Positions 1 through 35,720 of a stretch of 64,000 nt of DNA are shown here, one piece after another. The stretch's first letter is position 1. Every line of letters begins with the position of its first letter. This stretch comes from Amoebidium appalachense (lineage: Eukaryota > Protista > Ichthyosporea). The translations under genes and the position numbers were made by a program. The stretch is from assembly GCA_963693365.1 (NCBI GenBank), contig CAVNZM010000017.1, positions 3,329,375 to 3,393,374 of the forward strand. The letters are read 5' to 3'. The notes beneath the pieces were generated by a model. The model was given only the letters and a program-made list of their open reading frames with translations, had not been told where the DNA came from and ran no database searches.

Positions 1-710
1 ATAGATTTCACAAACCGGCAAGTAAACATATGATTCGCAACCAATAGTTGTGAAGATCGAGGTATTCGGTTAATGGGTGAGATCTTGACAGCATTTGCTT
101 TTCATGTTTCTGTTAATAAATTAGACCAGAAGCGCTATTTTTATTTTAATAACTGAAGATTTACATTAAACTCTTACTCCGACAAAAAGAAAAGTATCCG
201 TTAATCTCTATTGGGAGCTGAGATATTGCACAGATCGGGTGCGAAAACGGTTAATGGATAAGGTACCCTACATGGGTCATGTACAGGTTAAACAGCTTAT
301 GGGTCAAAGAAAGGTTGAGCGGTGCATGGCTCACATGGCTCACATAGGGGTTAAACCTGCTGGCTGGGTGCGACATAAATAAAGACAAGGCACTCTGTTT
401 GCTTCTGCCTCACTATCTGCTTCAACCATGACCAGTTTCTTGAGGCTTTAACCCCCCCCCCCCTGGCACCTCTTGGGGGATTTTGTTGCCCAAGTATATC
501 TACCGACGATATGTGGATGTTGGAGGTGTTTGCTCATGCCATTCAGTGTAGACGATTTGGGGTGGGCTGTATGTTCTATGGGTGTGTGTGATCATGGTTG
601 TGTGGGTACGGGGTGTGGCCAGCTGCCAGGCATCATTATGAGGTTGTGAACTTGTTCATACTTGCTGCATCGAAATATTCCTATTTAGTTGTTTACATCT
701 AGGCACGTAC

Positions 711-831
711 CGATTCTGAAGTCGCTCGACAGATACTCTGCATCTATGGTGCCCATTGTGAACAGGGGGCTGGCCCCGTTCATGTGGTTGTTAAGCAAGA
801 TCTTGCTGGCTGCTGACTCCCCGGGGTCCGG

Positions 832-921
<90 letters not shown>

Positions 922-1640
922 TCATGTGTGTGTGTGTGTGTGTGCGTGTGTGTGTGTATATTCATGTGTGTGTGTGTGTGTGTGTGCGTGTGTGTGCGTG
1001 CGCGTGTATATACATGTGTGCGCACATACATGTATGTGTGTGTGTGTGTGTGTACGTGTGATTGCACCAACATGTAGTATGTGTGGGTGCACGTGTGTGT
1101 GTGTACATATGTGTGCGTGAATGTCGTGTGAATGTATGTTAGCTGGTGTCAGTCTGCGTGACCGTGTACGTGCTTGAGTTTGGGTTTAAGTGCATATGTG
1201 AGTGTGTGTGCCTGTTTCCGGGAGAGGGAAGGGCAGGAAGGGGGAGGGTGGGGGGGGGGGGGGGGGGGGGGGGGGGGCTGCGAGTATACGTTGCCGAACT
1301 CAAAAGTGTTTGAATGTGGTGTTTGCTAAGGAGGGGAATGTGTGCCACACATCTGGTATGAACCCATGTGCATGTGTGGAGGTAGTGATGTGCTCTTGCA
1401 GTGCTGTGCTCTCACATAGAGAATGTGTGTATGAATGCAGTGGTGGTGTGTGTTGATGACTGGCTGGGTGTGTGTGTGTGTCCATTTGGCTGTGGTTAGG
1501 AAGAGAGGGGGGGGGAGAAGGGGAGGTGGCAACTGGGTGTAGAGCTACGAGTACGGTCATGAGGTATATGGTACAGGTGGCCGTGTGTGTAATTTGTATG
1601 CTTTTCTGCCATATGTTAAGGGCTTTTTTTTTTTTTTTTT

Positions 1641-1671
<31 letters not shown>

Positions 1672-1881
1672 GGGAATTGATCAAAACGTATGTGTGTGGG
1701 TGTGCGTATACATATGCCTGTGTGTGTGTATGTGTGCGTGTATGCGTGCCACGGTGTGTGCGTGTATGTGTGCTTGTATGTGTGTCCCTAAGGGCTCCCA
1801 TGTGCAACCAACATGTCACCACAACCCGTACACATCTACATAACCCCCCCCCCACACACACACACACACGCACACATACAT

Positions 1882-1920
<39 letters not shown>

Positions 1921-2331
1921 CATACAGCAGTAGTGGTGACGTCAGCACGAACCCCCTAAACAGCTCCCTGTGTTTCCTTGCCATGGTCAGGGCAATGCAC
2001 CCCCCCATGCCCTGCCCCCACATGAACAGGGGCAACCCGGGATAAGTCGTGGTCACCAGGTCAATATGCTGCAGTGTGTCCGAGATATATGCCCGATAAT
2101 CCTCGATATCTCCCCTTTTGCCCCCGCTGCGCCCGTGGCCCTGATGATCGTGACCAAACACCAATAGCCCGGCGGCGTTAAAAGCGTCCACGTGCGCCGT
2201 ATAGCGGCCTATGTGCTCGCCAAAGTTGTGCGAGATCAGAACCAGGCCCCTGTGTGTGGGTGTGTCAGTGGGTGCCGGTCCGAGGGGGGGAGGAGGGATA
2301 GGGGTAGGGGGGTGTCTGTGTGCAGGGGGTG

Positions 2332-2370
<39 letters not shown>

Positions 2371-2918
2371 GTGTGTGCATGTGCGTACGGGTAGGTGGTT
2401 GCGTGGGTGAAGTGGGTGAATGGGCGGCTGTGTGTGCTTTGGTGGGATGGGTGCGTGTGCAGTTCTGTGAATGTGAATGTGTGTGTGTGTGTGTAGGTGG
2501 GTGGGTGTGTGTTTGTGTGTGTGTGCGCGCATGTGCGCAGCTCTGTACATGTGAATGTGGGAGTGTGTGCACGTGCAATTCTGCTAAAGTGTGTGTGAGC
2601 ATGTTCGCGCATATGCGCACACATATGGGGGTGGGGGTGGATGTGAGGGTGCATGTGTCCGTAGGGGTTCGTACAAAGGGTATGTGTGTGAGTGGGTAAG
2701 GGCGCGCGGGTGGATGGCTGTGGTGGGTGCGGGTGTCGGGCGTGTACATGTTCTGTGTGTGGTTGGGTGTGGGTGGATAGGTGTTGTGTGGGTTCGGAGT
2801 GCATGTGTCTGTGCATGTGGCTGTGTGTTTGGGGCTAGATTTGTATGAGCTCAGGAAACACCGGCCCACCGATTATGCCCACATGCAGCGAATACAACGT
2901 GTAGAAGCACACCACACC

Positions 2919-2954
<36 letters not shown>

Positions 2955-3149
2955 CACCCACACCACACCCACACACACACTCCTTCTCTTTCTCTCTCTC
3001 CCCCTCCCCCCCAAACACACACACAGACACACCATCACCGCCACCACCACACCCATCCACACACCCAACCAACACAACCCCCCCCCCCCCTCTCCCCCTA
3101 CCCCCCATTCCCCATTACAAACACACACACGCACAATACCCCAACACAC

Positions 3150-3190
<41 letters not shown>

Positions 3191-3211
3191 ACACCCGCAC
3201 AGACACACCCA

Positions 3212-3242
<31 letters not shown>

Positions 3243-4499
3243 GTACTTAGCCTTGCCCTCAGGTAGCCATATCCTCGTGTAGATGCTGACCTTGTCAAAA
3301 TGCGACACAAAGCACCCCTCCATCACATTTGGCGCCAAATTAAATTCCGATGGACGGGCAGCCACGGTTAGATCCCCCTCCACCCCCTCCCCCCGTCTTA
3401 GCCTTAACTTGTTTGCGCCGTGAGAGAGTGGGGTCTTGGGGGAGCTCGCGGGGAAAAGCCTGCATCTGGGGAGCCGCCATAGTGGCTGGTGGTGCTTTCT
3501 GTGTGTGTGTGTGTGTGTGTTGGGGGGGGGGGGGGGGGGGGGGGGAGGGGGATTAGAATGACTTGATGGGTTAAGTGTTAATTGGAAAGGCAGCAAGCAA
3601 AAAATAAAGACAGAGATAGAAATTCAGAAGACGGGAAGTCTATAACAAACATAACATTTCTGTCTGGGTGCTATGTTGTCAGGATTACTCTGGCCACGGT
3701 ACACCCCAAGAGTGCACTTCGGTGAAAACCAACCCCCCCCCCCCCTCCCCCACACACGTACACCCTTCCCCGCCCGCTTGTCTAGCCCATCACCCTTTCT
3801 CCTCCCCCACTTTCCCGCCCCCCCCCCCCCCCCCCCCCCCCCCTCTCCCCGGATCCCTCCCCCTCTCCCCCCCCCCGCCCCCACATACACACACACACAC
3901 CCGGGGGGTCGGTCTGTGCCTTCACCATCACACCCACATACACAAAAGTGAAGCACTCAAAAATGCACCCTTGGAAAAACACAAGGGCACTTGCACGCGA
4001 ACGTATGCACACACTCCCACCTGCAAACAACAGCTCACAACACATGTGCACACACACTCACACACACGCAGTTGGCAACCACACACTGGCGAGCTTATAC
4101 CAACGTACATGTGTGTGTGTTTGTGCTCTGCGAGCGCCTAAACACACACAACATACACACGCTCAAACACTCCCCACACAAACACGTACCACCTCCACAC
4201 ACGTATAACACACACGCGCAACCCAGGTCCCCCCGTCTCCTCCGCCCCCGCACGCCCCCAGACCAACACACCCACACACACACCCACACACACACACACC
4301 TGCACACACACCACACACACAGGTGGAATACACAAATCCGTATTACACACAAAAGCCAAAACACAGACACTCTCACATCTAGGCACGCAAAACGGCACAC
4401 ACACACATTCTTACACACCGTACACGTAACATACACATGCCCCCCCCTCCCCCCCCCCCCTCCACAACCAGCACGCACAAGCACACATACTCGTGCGCG

Positions 4500-4551
<52 letters not shown>

Positions 4552-4749
4552 GCATGCGGGTGCGCACGCACACGCACACACACACGCACACACAGTGGCA
4601 CACATGCCCATAGAAAGGCAGATGCAAGCTGAGACACCCACACCCTTGCCAACCCACCCACCCAAACCCACACCCACACTTACACACACCCACACCCACC
4701 CCCCCCCCCCCCCCCCCCCCCCCCAACACACACACACAAACACAAGCAT

Positions 4750-4786
<37 letters not shown>

Positions 4787-5395
4787 CACACCGGCAGGTT
4801 CAGGTCTATGTTTGCGCCATTGAAGCTGGGCAGCTTCATGCTGCGCAGAGAGCTCTCACTGGTTGCATAGACATTGCTGCGCCCCGTCAGGGACGTCACC
4901 TGCAAACACACGTGTCAGCACAAGAAGGGCGGGGGGAGAGGGGAGGGAGGGGGGAGGGAGGGGGGAGAGGGGACGGAGGGGGGGGGGGGAGACGGGACCC
5001 TCTGCAGGAAGACACTTCGTGGTGGCTAGCTGTGCTGGAAACTGAGAAAAAGAAAAAACAGCCACCAGCTTCCTCGGGATATCTGGTTGCGCAAGCCAAA
5101 AGAACACACATTACTGAACGCACATTACTGAAAGCACATTACTGAACGCACATTACTGAACGCAAACACGGTGTGTATGTCTTTTGAGTGGAGAGGAAGG
5201 CGGGCGGGGGTCGGCAGGGCGAGAAACGGGGAAAGAGGGTGAGGGGAAGGGGGGGCGGGGAGGGGGCCAGGGGGGGGGGGGTTTGGTCACCTGTGTGGAG
5301 CGTTGGTGGACGATCGTTGAGCGATCAAACTTCTCTGTGACCGGAAGGGCTGGGCCCGACCAGGTTTTTTTAACGGGTTTTGCGGTGCTGGCCAT
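711..5395 (-). CDS. Monoglyceride lipase / lysophospholipase-like alpha/beta hydrolase (Hydrolase_4 type), catalytic Ser replaced; partial, 3' exons not found in window
   Basis: Exons 5395-5291, 4899-4792, 3498-3247, 2249-1926, 832-711. Translation includes [29 protein letters not shown]...[19 protein letters not shown]...[18 protein letters not shown]...[22 protein letters not shown]...[12 protein letters not shown], collinear with MGLL-family motifs. Exon 3 has a 1-nt phase excess, and the exon 5 acceptor reads CG rather than AG. Confidence 0.85.
5107..5164. repeat. 14-bp tandem repeat x4 (CACATTACTGAACG) in lipase intron 1
   Basis: Four contiguous copies with one mismatch, read directly from the sequence. 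Confidence 0.9.
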
Positions 5396-6617
5396 GTTGC
5401 TATAGCTCCCGCAAGTTGTAAAGAGAAGGGGGAGTAGTGGGGTTAGGGCTGATGGAGTCGAGATCTCTTAACTGCCCTGGCGTTCGTGGTTGCTGCCACA
5501 AGGAAGAAGAAACGCTGTTTAAACGGGGGCAGACAGTGAAAAAAAGCAGGGCTGAAGGAAAAGAACTATATTTAAATATTGGTGCAAAATGGGTGATGTA
5601 TCTACTTTGACAGAACACAAACGATGGTTGCCTACATAGCTATAGGACTTCCCTCATAAACCAACATGATGATGTGGAGAGGCTGCTTGCGGGATGCGTG
5701 GCTACAAAACGGTGCGTGCCAACGTGCAGCATATGCACGTGAGCTTGCACTACTATACAACCCACATGCACCGGAGCTAAAAACAATGTGCAAACCAGTG
5801 CGTCCGCTGCTTGCAACCAAGCCACTTAATTACGAATTCGTGATGTTCTTTCTAGACCTCAAGCCAAGTCACAGTCACCGTCGATGCTTTACCACGTCCT
5901 TCCTCAGTGAGTCATGGGTGACGGTAAACCTACGTTGCATGCGGCAAACAACCAAATATAACAGCCATCGAATACTGGTTTAAATCATTTTAGCTGCTTT
6001 TTTACGTAGCGTATAAAACTTTAGTATAAGGTAATTCAACAAGCTATCAGACACAATGATCTGGCTCTACCGGGAAATGGTAATGGCACTGATTGGCTTA
6101 TTTTTATTACCTGCCGCATTGAATGCGTAATGGCGGTTTTTTTTTTGAGTCCGGAGCTCAGAACTGCTCAACCACATGTACAACCAGGTTGACTGTTTTT
6201 GAAAGTGCACACTTAAGAAGAATGAAAAGCATGATCCCCTACGAGTCTCCCCTGTAGATCCCCTCTATATATCTCTCCCCCCCTCCCCCCCCCCCCCCTC
6301 CCCCTCCCCCTCCCCCCCGCGAGAACATGGCACATGTACACGGGCACTCAAGATCTTGTATGCACATGCATAGGTGCACACGCGCACACACACACACACG
6401 TGCACACAGCACAGCAGACACATACACACATGCACACGCTGACATGCACAGGCACGCACACGCACGCACGCACACATGCACGCACGCACATGCACACGCA
6501 CACACGCACACGGTGGCACGCAACGAACACACGCCCTCACACACGGACGCACACACGCACACACGCACACACGCACACGCACGCAGACGCACACACACGC
6601 GCACGAACGCACACACC

Positions 6618-6745
<128 letters not shown>

Positions 6746-7693
6746 TTCTAGTGGCTGCAAAATCCAAAAATGTGCTCTGGCCCTTTCATACGCTCAAGGT
6801 TAAGAGAAACTTGTAAAAAGGTGACTCATACTTGGCTCCGGCGACAAATGAGCTCACTTTTGAAGTGACGGCCCGTGCATAGAAATAGTTTGAGGATGTG
6901 ATCATGCTTTAGTTTGAGGATGGGATCGGATGCGCTCACGGTATGACACAAAGCCCAAGCAGTTGACAGCCGGTGCTCCAAGCCACGGTGAATACAAACC
7001 CACAGGCTACAGATTGCATGGGCTGACGGGCCACCTGCCTGGGGCCTTACGGACTAACATCAACTGTAGAATATTACATGGTGTCGCCCAGGGCTTTGGT
7101 TCTGGGTAAGGGAGATAAGGATGGGCTATAAAAGATATATAGGCCTAGGACAGGATGATCCCCCGACCATGCGGATGTGCGTGCTATGGCTTTAAAGAGC
7201 TGGTATCCTACCTATTGACCGTGACACTGACGGCCAAAGTATTTGAGGAACATGGGCACAGGATACTTGAACTGCATGTGTGTACACGTGTGTTGGGGTT
7301 TGCACCTGCCTGTGCATGTAGTTGTGCTTGTGCACGTGGATCTTTTTCGGAGACTGGTCTCTTACCACGACAAACAGCGCAAACGTTTTACCCGTGTGAA
7401 ATATCCGTGCGGGTGTGTGTACGATTCTTGTGTGTGCTTGTGTTGTGTCGGCGAATGTACAGGTTGCGTGGCATAGGGTGCGGTTGTGCTTTCTTTGTCA
7501 GCGCGGGGACACCCACTTGTCATTGGGTTCTGTGTGTGTGTGCGCTTGCAGCGTGTGTCGTCTTTGTTTCCGTGCATGTCTGTGTTGGCACGTGTGTGTG
7601 TGTGTGTGTGTCTTTGTATGTTCTTGTGCATGTTTTTGAACAAAGAACCTGAACCTATTACGCTTGCAGGCTTGGGAAAGGGATGGGGTGGGG

Positions 7694-7730
<37 letters not shown>

Positions 7731-7778
7731 GGGAGGGGGGAGAGGGGAAGAGGAGGGGCGGCGAGTGGTGGTGCTGGT

Positions 7779-7809
<31 letters not shown>

Positions 7810-7893
7810 GGGAGGGGGGGGGGGGGGGGGGGGGGGGCAGCTGGAATTTCCGGCATTCAGGTAACAAACCATGCACATGTCGGCATCATCATA

Positions 7894-7950
<57 letters not shown>

Positions 7951-8126
7951 AAAAAAGAAAAAAATATTACTAGTAATGAAAATGAAAAATAAAATTTCTT
8001 ACGTCAGAAATGGAATCGAATAAGATAAAAAAGAGTTCAAGTTCACCTGCCCGCTGGGGGAGGCAGCGAGTGGTTGGCTTCTGCCCCCCTCCCCCCCCCC
8101 CCCCCCCCCCCTTCCCCCCCCCCCAC

Positions 8127-8161
<35 letters not shown>

Positions 8162-8284
8162 AAAAGGAAAACCGACGGGGAATCTAAAGAACATATACCT
8201 ATTGTCCCAGAAAAATCAAGATATTAAGACCCTATTTCAAAATTACCCACGATCTTAATTTCAGTCACCACCTGCACTCACACG

Positions 8285-8336
<52 letters not shown>

Positions 8337-8647
8337 GTGCACGCACACACACACACATACACACACACACACAAATGCACGCACGTACGCACACGTACAC
8401 ATACATACAGACACACCGATACGCACACCCTCAAACCAACTCCTTCACTTGTAGGAGTGCTCACGTGTTATGCACACAAATACACCCATGCACGTACACA
8501 CATCGCGTTGAACAATCCCCCAGCGACTTAACCACATGTGCTAATGTGGGTCAGTACACACTAAAAGTGCAAGAACAGGGTCCGGATCGCATTGCTCCCC
8601 CCCCCCCCCCTCTCTCCCCCCCCCCCCCCCCCCCAAATACACACACA

Positions 8648-8685
<38 letters not shown>

Positions 8686-9200
8686 TATATATTGTTTTGG
8701 TTGGTTATTGGCCGGAATTCCGGGAGAGGTGGGGAAGAGGTGGGGTGGTGGCCATGGCGGGGGAGAGGAGAAGCAGAGGGGGAGTAAAATTTTATCTCAG
8801 CGCACTGCCGGTGCCCCCTTATACCCCTGAATATTCGAATGGGGGGCCAAGGGGGGGGGGGGGGGGGGGGGGTAGGGTAGGGGGGAGGGAGGGGGGGATG
8901 GAGGAGGGGGGAGTGGGGAGTTCTGATTAGAGAGGTTTCGCGGAGAGATCTCGAGAAACTTCCAAGTTCCATTAGCCAATTGGGCTCGTGCTTCAAAGTG
9001 GGGGTGGTGTAAGGTAGAAAAGGGACGCTTGAGCCTTGTGGCTGGCTATATGCATAGGCAGTATGGTGCATGCACTACACATGCACATGTTACGAAAAGG
9101 CCATGAGAAAAATTAAAAAAGTAGGAATCCCGTAATCATAAAATAAACTGCATCGGCCAATAGTTCATGCGGGATCCGACTGTTTAACCATATATGGAGA

Positions 9201-9226
9201 TTTGGGCGGGAAGTTTTGGCGCGAAA
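9201..9226. promoter_or_regulatory. Two adjacent E2F-like sites (GGCGGGAA and TTTGGCGCGAAA)
   Basis: Both match the TTTSSCGC/TTCCCGCC consensus on the minus strand and lie in a repeat-poor intergenic island. No gene start found nearby. Confidence 0.3.
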
Positions 9227-9653
9227 CAAAGTTTCATAAAACAATCAAAAAAATTAGGAATATCATGGTATGGTCAATACATGCACCTTTTCCATGTAGA
9301 TTATGACTAGGCTAATGATAAGAAGTTATGACATAAATTGTGGACATGCTATGCCAGCACAGTATGCCATATGACGCCACACATGCATTATGCCTTCGTG
9401 TGGCCTTGTACACGTGTACATGTTCAGCCAAAACTCATGTGTTAATGATGACGTAACATGCATATGTATGCACAAAATCACAGATAGAAGTAAGTGTCTA
9501 TGTACATCTAATATACAGCACATATGGTGGCTAAGGCATGTGCACCATCGCAAATAATGGATGTATATGCATGACGTACACGAGTGAAATTGGGTCAAGA
9601 GCTGACTAGAGAATACATGAACTGTCATCAAGGTACTATTAAACTAAGCCATC

Positions 9654-9783
9654 AATCACACACGACCACATAATTGTTATTGTAATCACACACGACCACA
9701 TAATTGTTATTGTCGGTGTTACAATCATTCTTGATTGTAACACAGACCACATAATTGTTATTGTCGGTGTTACAATCATTCTT
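9654..9783. repeat. Nested short tandem duplications (core GACCACATAATTGTTATTGT x3; CGGTGTTACAATCATTCTT x2)
   Basis: Direct repeats visible in the sequence. Confidence 0.85.
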
Positions 9784-10080
9784 ACAGAGGCTAGCATGAC
9801 TTGTGCACGCTCTAAATACTGATACCCGTGTTATACTAAACCGCATCATAGATCAAATCAGCAGGTAAATTCCTGGACCAGGTCCAATCACGAAACCTGG
9901 TGCACCTTCAAGAATGTTCTTTCTAAAATATCGAAGGGGAAGAGTATGCACCCAGCTCTCTTTCTCCTGAAGGCCTGCAATCGGCTTGAAACAACGCATG
10001 TGCGTATGTACAGGCATGTGTGCTTTTTCTTACATGGTGCGTGTTTGGGTGGGCACGTGGGTGCATGCTGAACAGCATCC

Positions 10081-18522
<8,442 letters not shown>

Positions 18523-20180
18523 TGCGCAATAGTGGCTACGTCTCCTAACCACTGCCCATAATATAGGTGCCGCTAAATAAGCCAACAACGTGTAACAGGT
18601 GCTCAAAGCCGAGGTCGTTGAAGCGAGGGGAAGGTCTGGCAATAACAGGAAGGATTCTCACTAATATTAGATCTCCTGACGCATAAACGGTTCCTGCGAA
18701 ATGGATGGAAATGCGCGTGAATACGTGGGGTGCAAAGCTACACTGCTGTGGTTGGTAGTTTTACGTGAGCTGCTTGCTAATAATTTACATTAGAAGCCAC
18801 ACTGCCGCACACCAGCTCCGGTGCGCACGCAGCACCAGCCGCTTGAGAAGGGTTCGCAGGTCTGAGATGTAAGCGCGCCTGCCTAGTTATATAAGTGTTT
18901 CCAGTAGCATTACTAGGCCCGAAAGAGTGCCTGCTCGTGGCTGTATACATGTGGACATGCGATGACAGAAAAACATGTGATGTTGCCCAAAACTACGAGG
19001 ATGTCGACGTTGTCAAAGTTTTGGCTTCAAGTCTGCTCTGTCACCACCGTGACCGCATTCCAGGTTTTAGTGGACTAATTTCCATCCAATCAGAACGCCA
19101 CAAATCGCATACCTATCTGTTTGCGCTATCATTAAAATGATTGGCTTTGGATGGAGATCAATCATGCATGTCAGTTGCCGGGCTCAGAAGGTCTCTGGAA
19201 GATGGCTACGTGCGGGAAGATGTGTTTTCGAGTTGTAAACTGACGATCAAATAATCTTAGATAGTTAAAAGTATTTTTTACTCTATACTTACACTGTTTT
19301 TTTGCTCATCTTTTGCTCCAAAAACTATGATCATTATCGTGAACTAGCTTAGGCAGCGGCAAATCTGTGTAGCACTGGTCAACCTCTTACAATTGGCTAG
19401 ATTTGGCGCCAATCCTTGCCCTTGGAAGGTTTTGGCCAATCCTAAAACAATTTCTAAGAATTGATGATTGGACTACTCATTTTGATAGAGTGGGGTAAAG
19501 TGTGTGGTGGGAAAGCGGGAATTCCGAGCCGGGTGGCTGAGTCCTTAATTTTTATGTTTATATAAATTAATGAAAATCGAGTAAATAATAATAGTCGGTT
19601 TTAGAGAGATTACTGCTTTTGAGCTACTATCACATGATTTTACATAGTCCATTTTACAATATAGTGCAGATGAAGAGCATTTGAAAATTAGCAAACATGC
19701 CCCGATGATTGACATTTCCCCGGCTTTTGCACTCCTCCACGCTGGAAGCAGCAGTTTCCCACACAGTTGAACGCATGCTGCCGGCTTTTTCAGTTTGCCA
19801 GACCTTCAGTTATTGTTTGTGCAACCAAACAATACGAGTCGAAACAACTTTTGCACTTGTTTTTTGACCTTCGAATCTTTTCAAAGAAGTGACTAGCTGC
19901 TGTAGATCATCGCCTCTTCCAACCCTTCCTCCAAGCATGTTAGAAAGGCATACCAACAAGACACGTGGCTGCGACCGTTACCCCGTCACTCATGATCACT
20001 GCGTTTGAACTTTCTAAACCCTTCAGTAACCCACGTTAGTCCTAGTCTTCCATAGTACTACCCATACATTTGGTTGTTTCCATCCTACTCCTTCACCAGC
20101 TTCGTTACATACTATCGGGGCCCACCCCCGCCATTATTCACCCTGTGTTCCCCATTACTCTTTATTAGGTGTACACAGCC
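18523..20180. promoter_or_regulatory. Divergent (head-to-head) promoter region between the glycosyltransferase and SLC38A9
   Basis: 1.66-kb microsatellite-free interval between two outward-facing ATGs. Contains a CCAAT/ATTGG cluster at about 19390-19470 and TTTGGCGCC at 19402. Confidence 0.6.
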
Positions 20181-33380
<13,200 letters not shown>

Positions 33381-33404
33381 GACACCGTGGAAACGTGATA
33401 GCCT

Positions 33405-33435
<31 letters not shown>

Positions 33436-34645
33436 TCCTCCTCTCTCCCTCTCTCCCTCCGTCCCTCTTGTCTGCCTCCCTTCCACCCACCACCAACCCT
33501 TCTTCTATTTCCCTTCCCCCCCCCCCCCCCCCCCTCTTCCCCGCCTCTCCACCCCCCCTTCTCCCCCCTCCCCCCCTTCCCCCTCCCTTTTTTTTTTTAC
33601 TAAGGCTCTTTTGCCTCGCTTCGAGCATAGGCATTGGTGCATGTGCATGCATACACACGCACACGCATGCACACGGACGCGCACACATGCACACACACAC
33701 ACACGTGCACGCAAGCACATACACACACACGCGCGTGTACATATAGCCTAGAGCACGATCTCTTCTCTATGGTCATATTTGCAAAGCACAAATCATACAT
33801 ATAGAACTAGGACTTGACACGTTCATATGTGGAGTGCCATAAAGTGTTTTTTACGCACACATAGTCAGAGGTAGCTTAGTTATTTCGAATGTTGTTTTTT
33901 ACCCCTACACTTGCGCTTGTACGTGCTGCTTTCTTTTTTTTGTGTGTGTGTGTGTGTGTGTGTGTTGGGGGGAGGGGGGGAGGATTTGATTCGTTGGCTA
34001 ACCGTAGTTCGTGATGTATATGCCGTTAGAATTATTAATTAGTTGGATCATGTTGGCCGCAGCTGAGCCACAAATAGATTTATGCATAGCGGTTAGATGA
34101 TTTTAAGTTATTAAGTTAAAGTTAATGCTGGCGAGCCACTGAAACAGCTGCTGTCTAGCAAAGAAAAAGTCGTAGGACCTGAATAGGCGAGTGTGTTTTT
34201 GTTTCCTTGAGCGAACTTCAAGGTGGCCTTGTCGGCACTGCACCAAATATTATTAATTCAAAGCTGTGCCTATATATATACTGTGTGTACACATGTATGT
34301 ATGCGTGTGGCCAGGGGGTATTGTACACCGTCAAGTATGTAGTATCACTTGAAGTTCGTGTCACAGTGATTGAGAGAGAGAAAGAGAGAGAGAGAGAGAG
34401 ATTCTCAGAGAGAGAGAGAGAGATTCTCAGAGAGAGAGAGAGACAGAGAGAATAGAGAGAGCAAAAGAGAGGGCGAAATGTTGGTGTGTGCGTACCTGTG
34501 TGTGTGTGTGTGTACACGTGTGTGTGTGTGTACGTATGTGGCCACCGGGCCGGGGTCGACGGTTGTTGTTTTTTTTTTGTTTTGTTTTGGTTTGTTTTGT
34601 TTAGTTTTGTTGTGTGTGTGTATGTGTGTGTGTGTGTGTGTGTGT

Positions 34646-34704
<59 letters not shown>

Positions 34705-35589
34705 GGATCCGGGCAGCGCCGCAGACGTGGATCATGCATGATCCGCGTGAGGGATGCCCGGCCCGGGCAAGTTGGCCCAAACTTGGTGGTGCCCACCCAG
34801 TATCGAATTGGTACGTGGCAAGCGCGCCAAGCTAAGCCTGGCAGTTCTTGAAAGTTGCTTCCCCATCGTTTTTTTCTGTTACCATTTCATTGTGCCTCGA
34901 TGTAGACGATACATATTTGATGATATTTTCAAACTACATTACAAATGGAACATTCTAGGCTAGCATAATTTTGACGCTTTGGTGCGTGCGAAGTATACAA
35001 CCCAATGGCGAAGGTGTATATATTGAAACGGTTCAAGGTTCAGTTTTATTTGGTGAGCAGCCAGACTGGCCACACTATAAACTTTGAGAGCAGGTGCAAT
35101 CAGTTTGTGACTCTGCAATCTTCATCGCACAATATCGGCTAGCGAATTCGATGAAATAAAAGTCCAAACCACTACAGGGGCGAGGCATATTATCAAAATC
35201 TATATTTATTATTAATATTGATGATTAAATGCTGCTGTACGTAAGTATACTTCTTTTAACAATAATGATTGCGCAGGAGCTAGAAATATAAGCGATCGAC
35301 GTCATCTCATTTTTTTTGCCCTAGTCGCCATTCCGATCTAACAATATGCTTAGCCAAAGAAAGGGTAATAATGATATATTTTGCATGTAGGTTTTTGTTA
35401 GTCCCCTTTTTGCTTTCTTAACTATCTCAGCTAGCTTAATATGATTTTTTTCTCCTTCTACACAACCGCCTGGAATTTTTATGGCCCAAGACACTTAAGT
35501 CATTTCTGAGGCAGAGTGCCCAACTTGGCGGCCGATTTGATAGAAACGGACCATGCTTTGAGAAGGGTGTGTGTTTTAAAGAATATTTT

Positions 35590-35720
35590 TACGGCCAACG
35601 ATTGGACAAGAAAAATCCGATCGCCCTAATACAGACACATTGGGCGTATTTGATTGGCCATGTGTCAGCACGCTCCAATATCGGCAACCAAGTTGAAAGA
35701 GGCCCCCTTGTTGGCCGGTT
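35590..35720. promoter_or_regulatory. CCAAT/ATTGG box cluster upstream of the gene at 36197
   Basis: Several ATTGG/CCAAT motifs in a microsatellite-free island about 500 bp upstream of the ATG. Confidence 0.4.

Noticed and set aside
601-710. Possible next lipase exon after a 30-nt intron (acceptor near 681)
   Set aside because: The translation shows no lipase similarity and the intron would be far smaller than any other here.
19516-19560. tRNA A-box-like GGTGGCTGAGT
   Set aside because: No cloverleaf, T-loop or B-box follows.
34700-34850. GC-rich palindromic segment (GGATCATGCATGATCC) as a structured ncRNA
   Set aside because: No recognisable snRNA, snoRNA, SRP or tRNA motifs; a single palindrome is insufficient.
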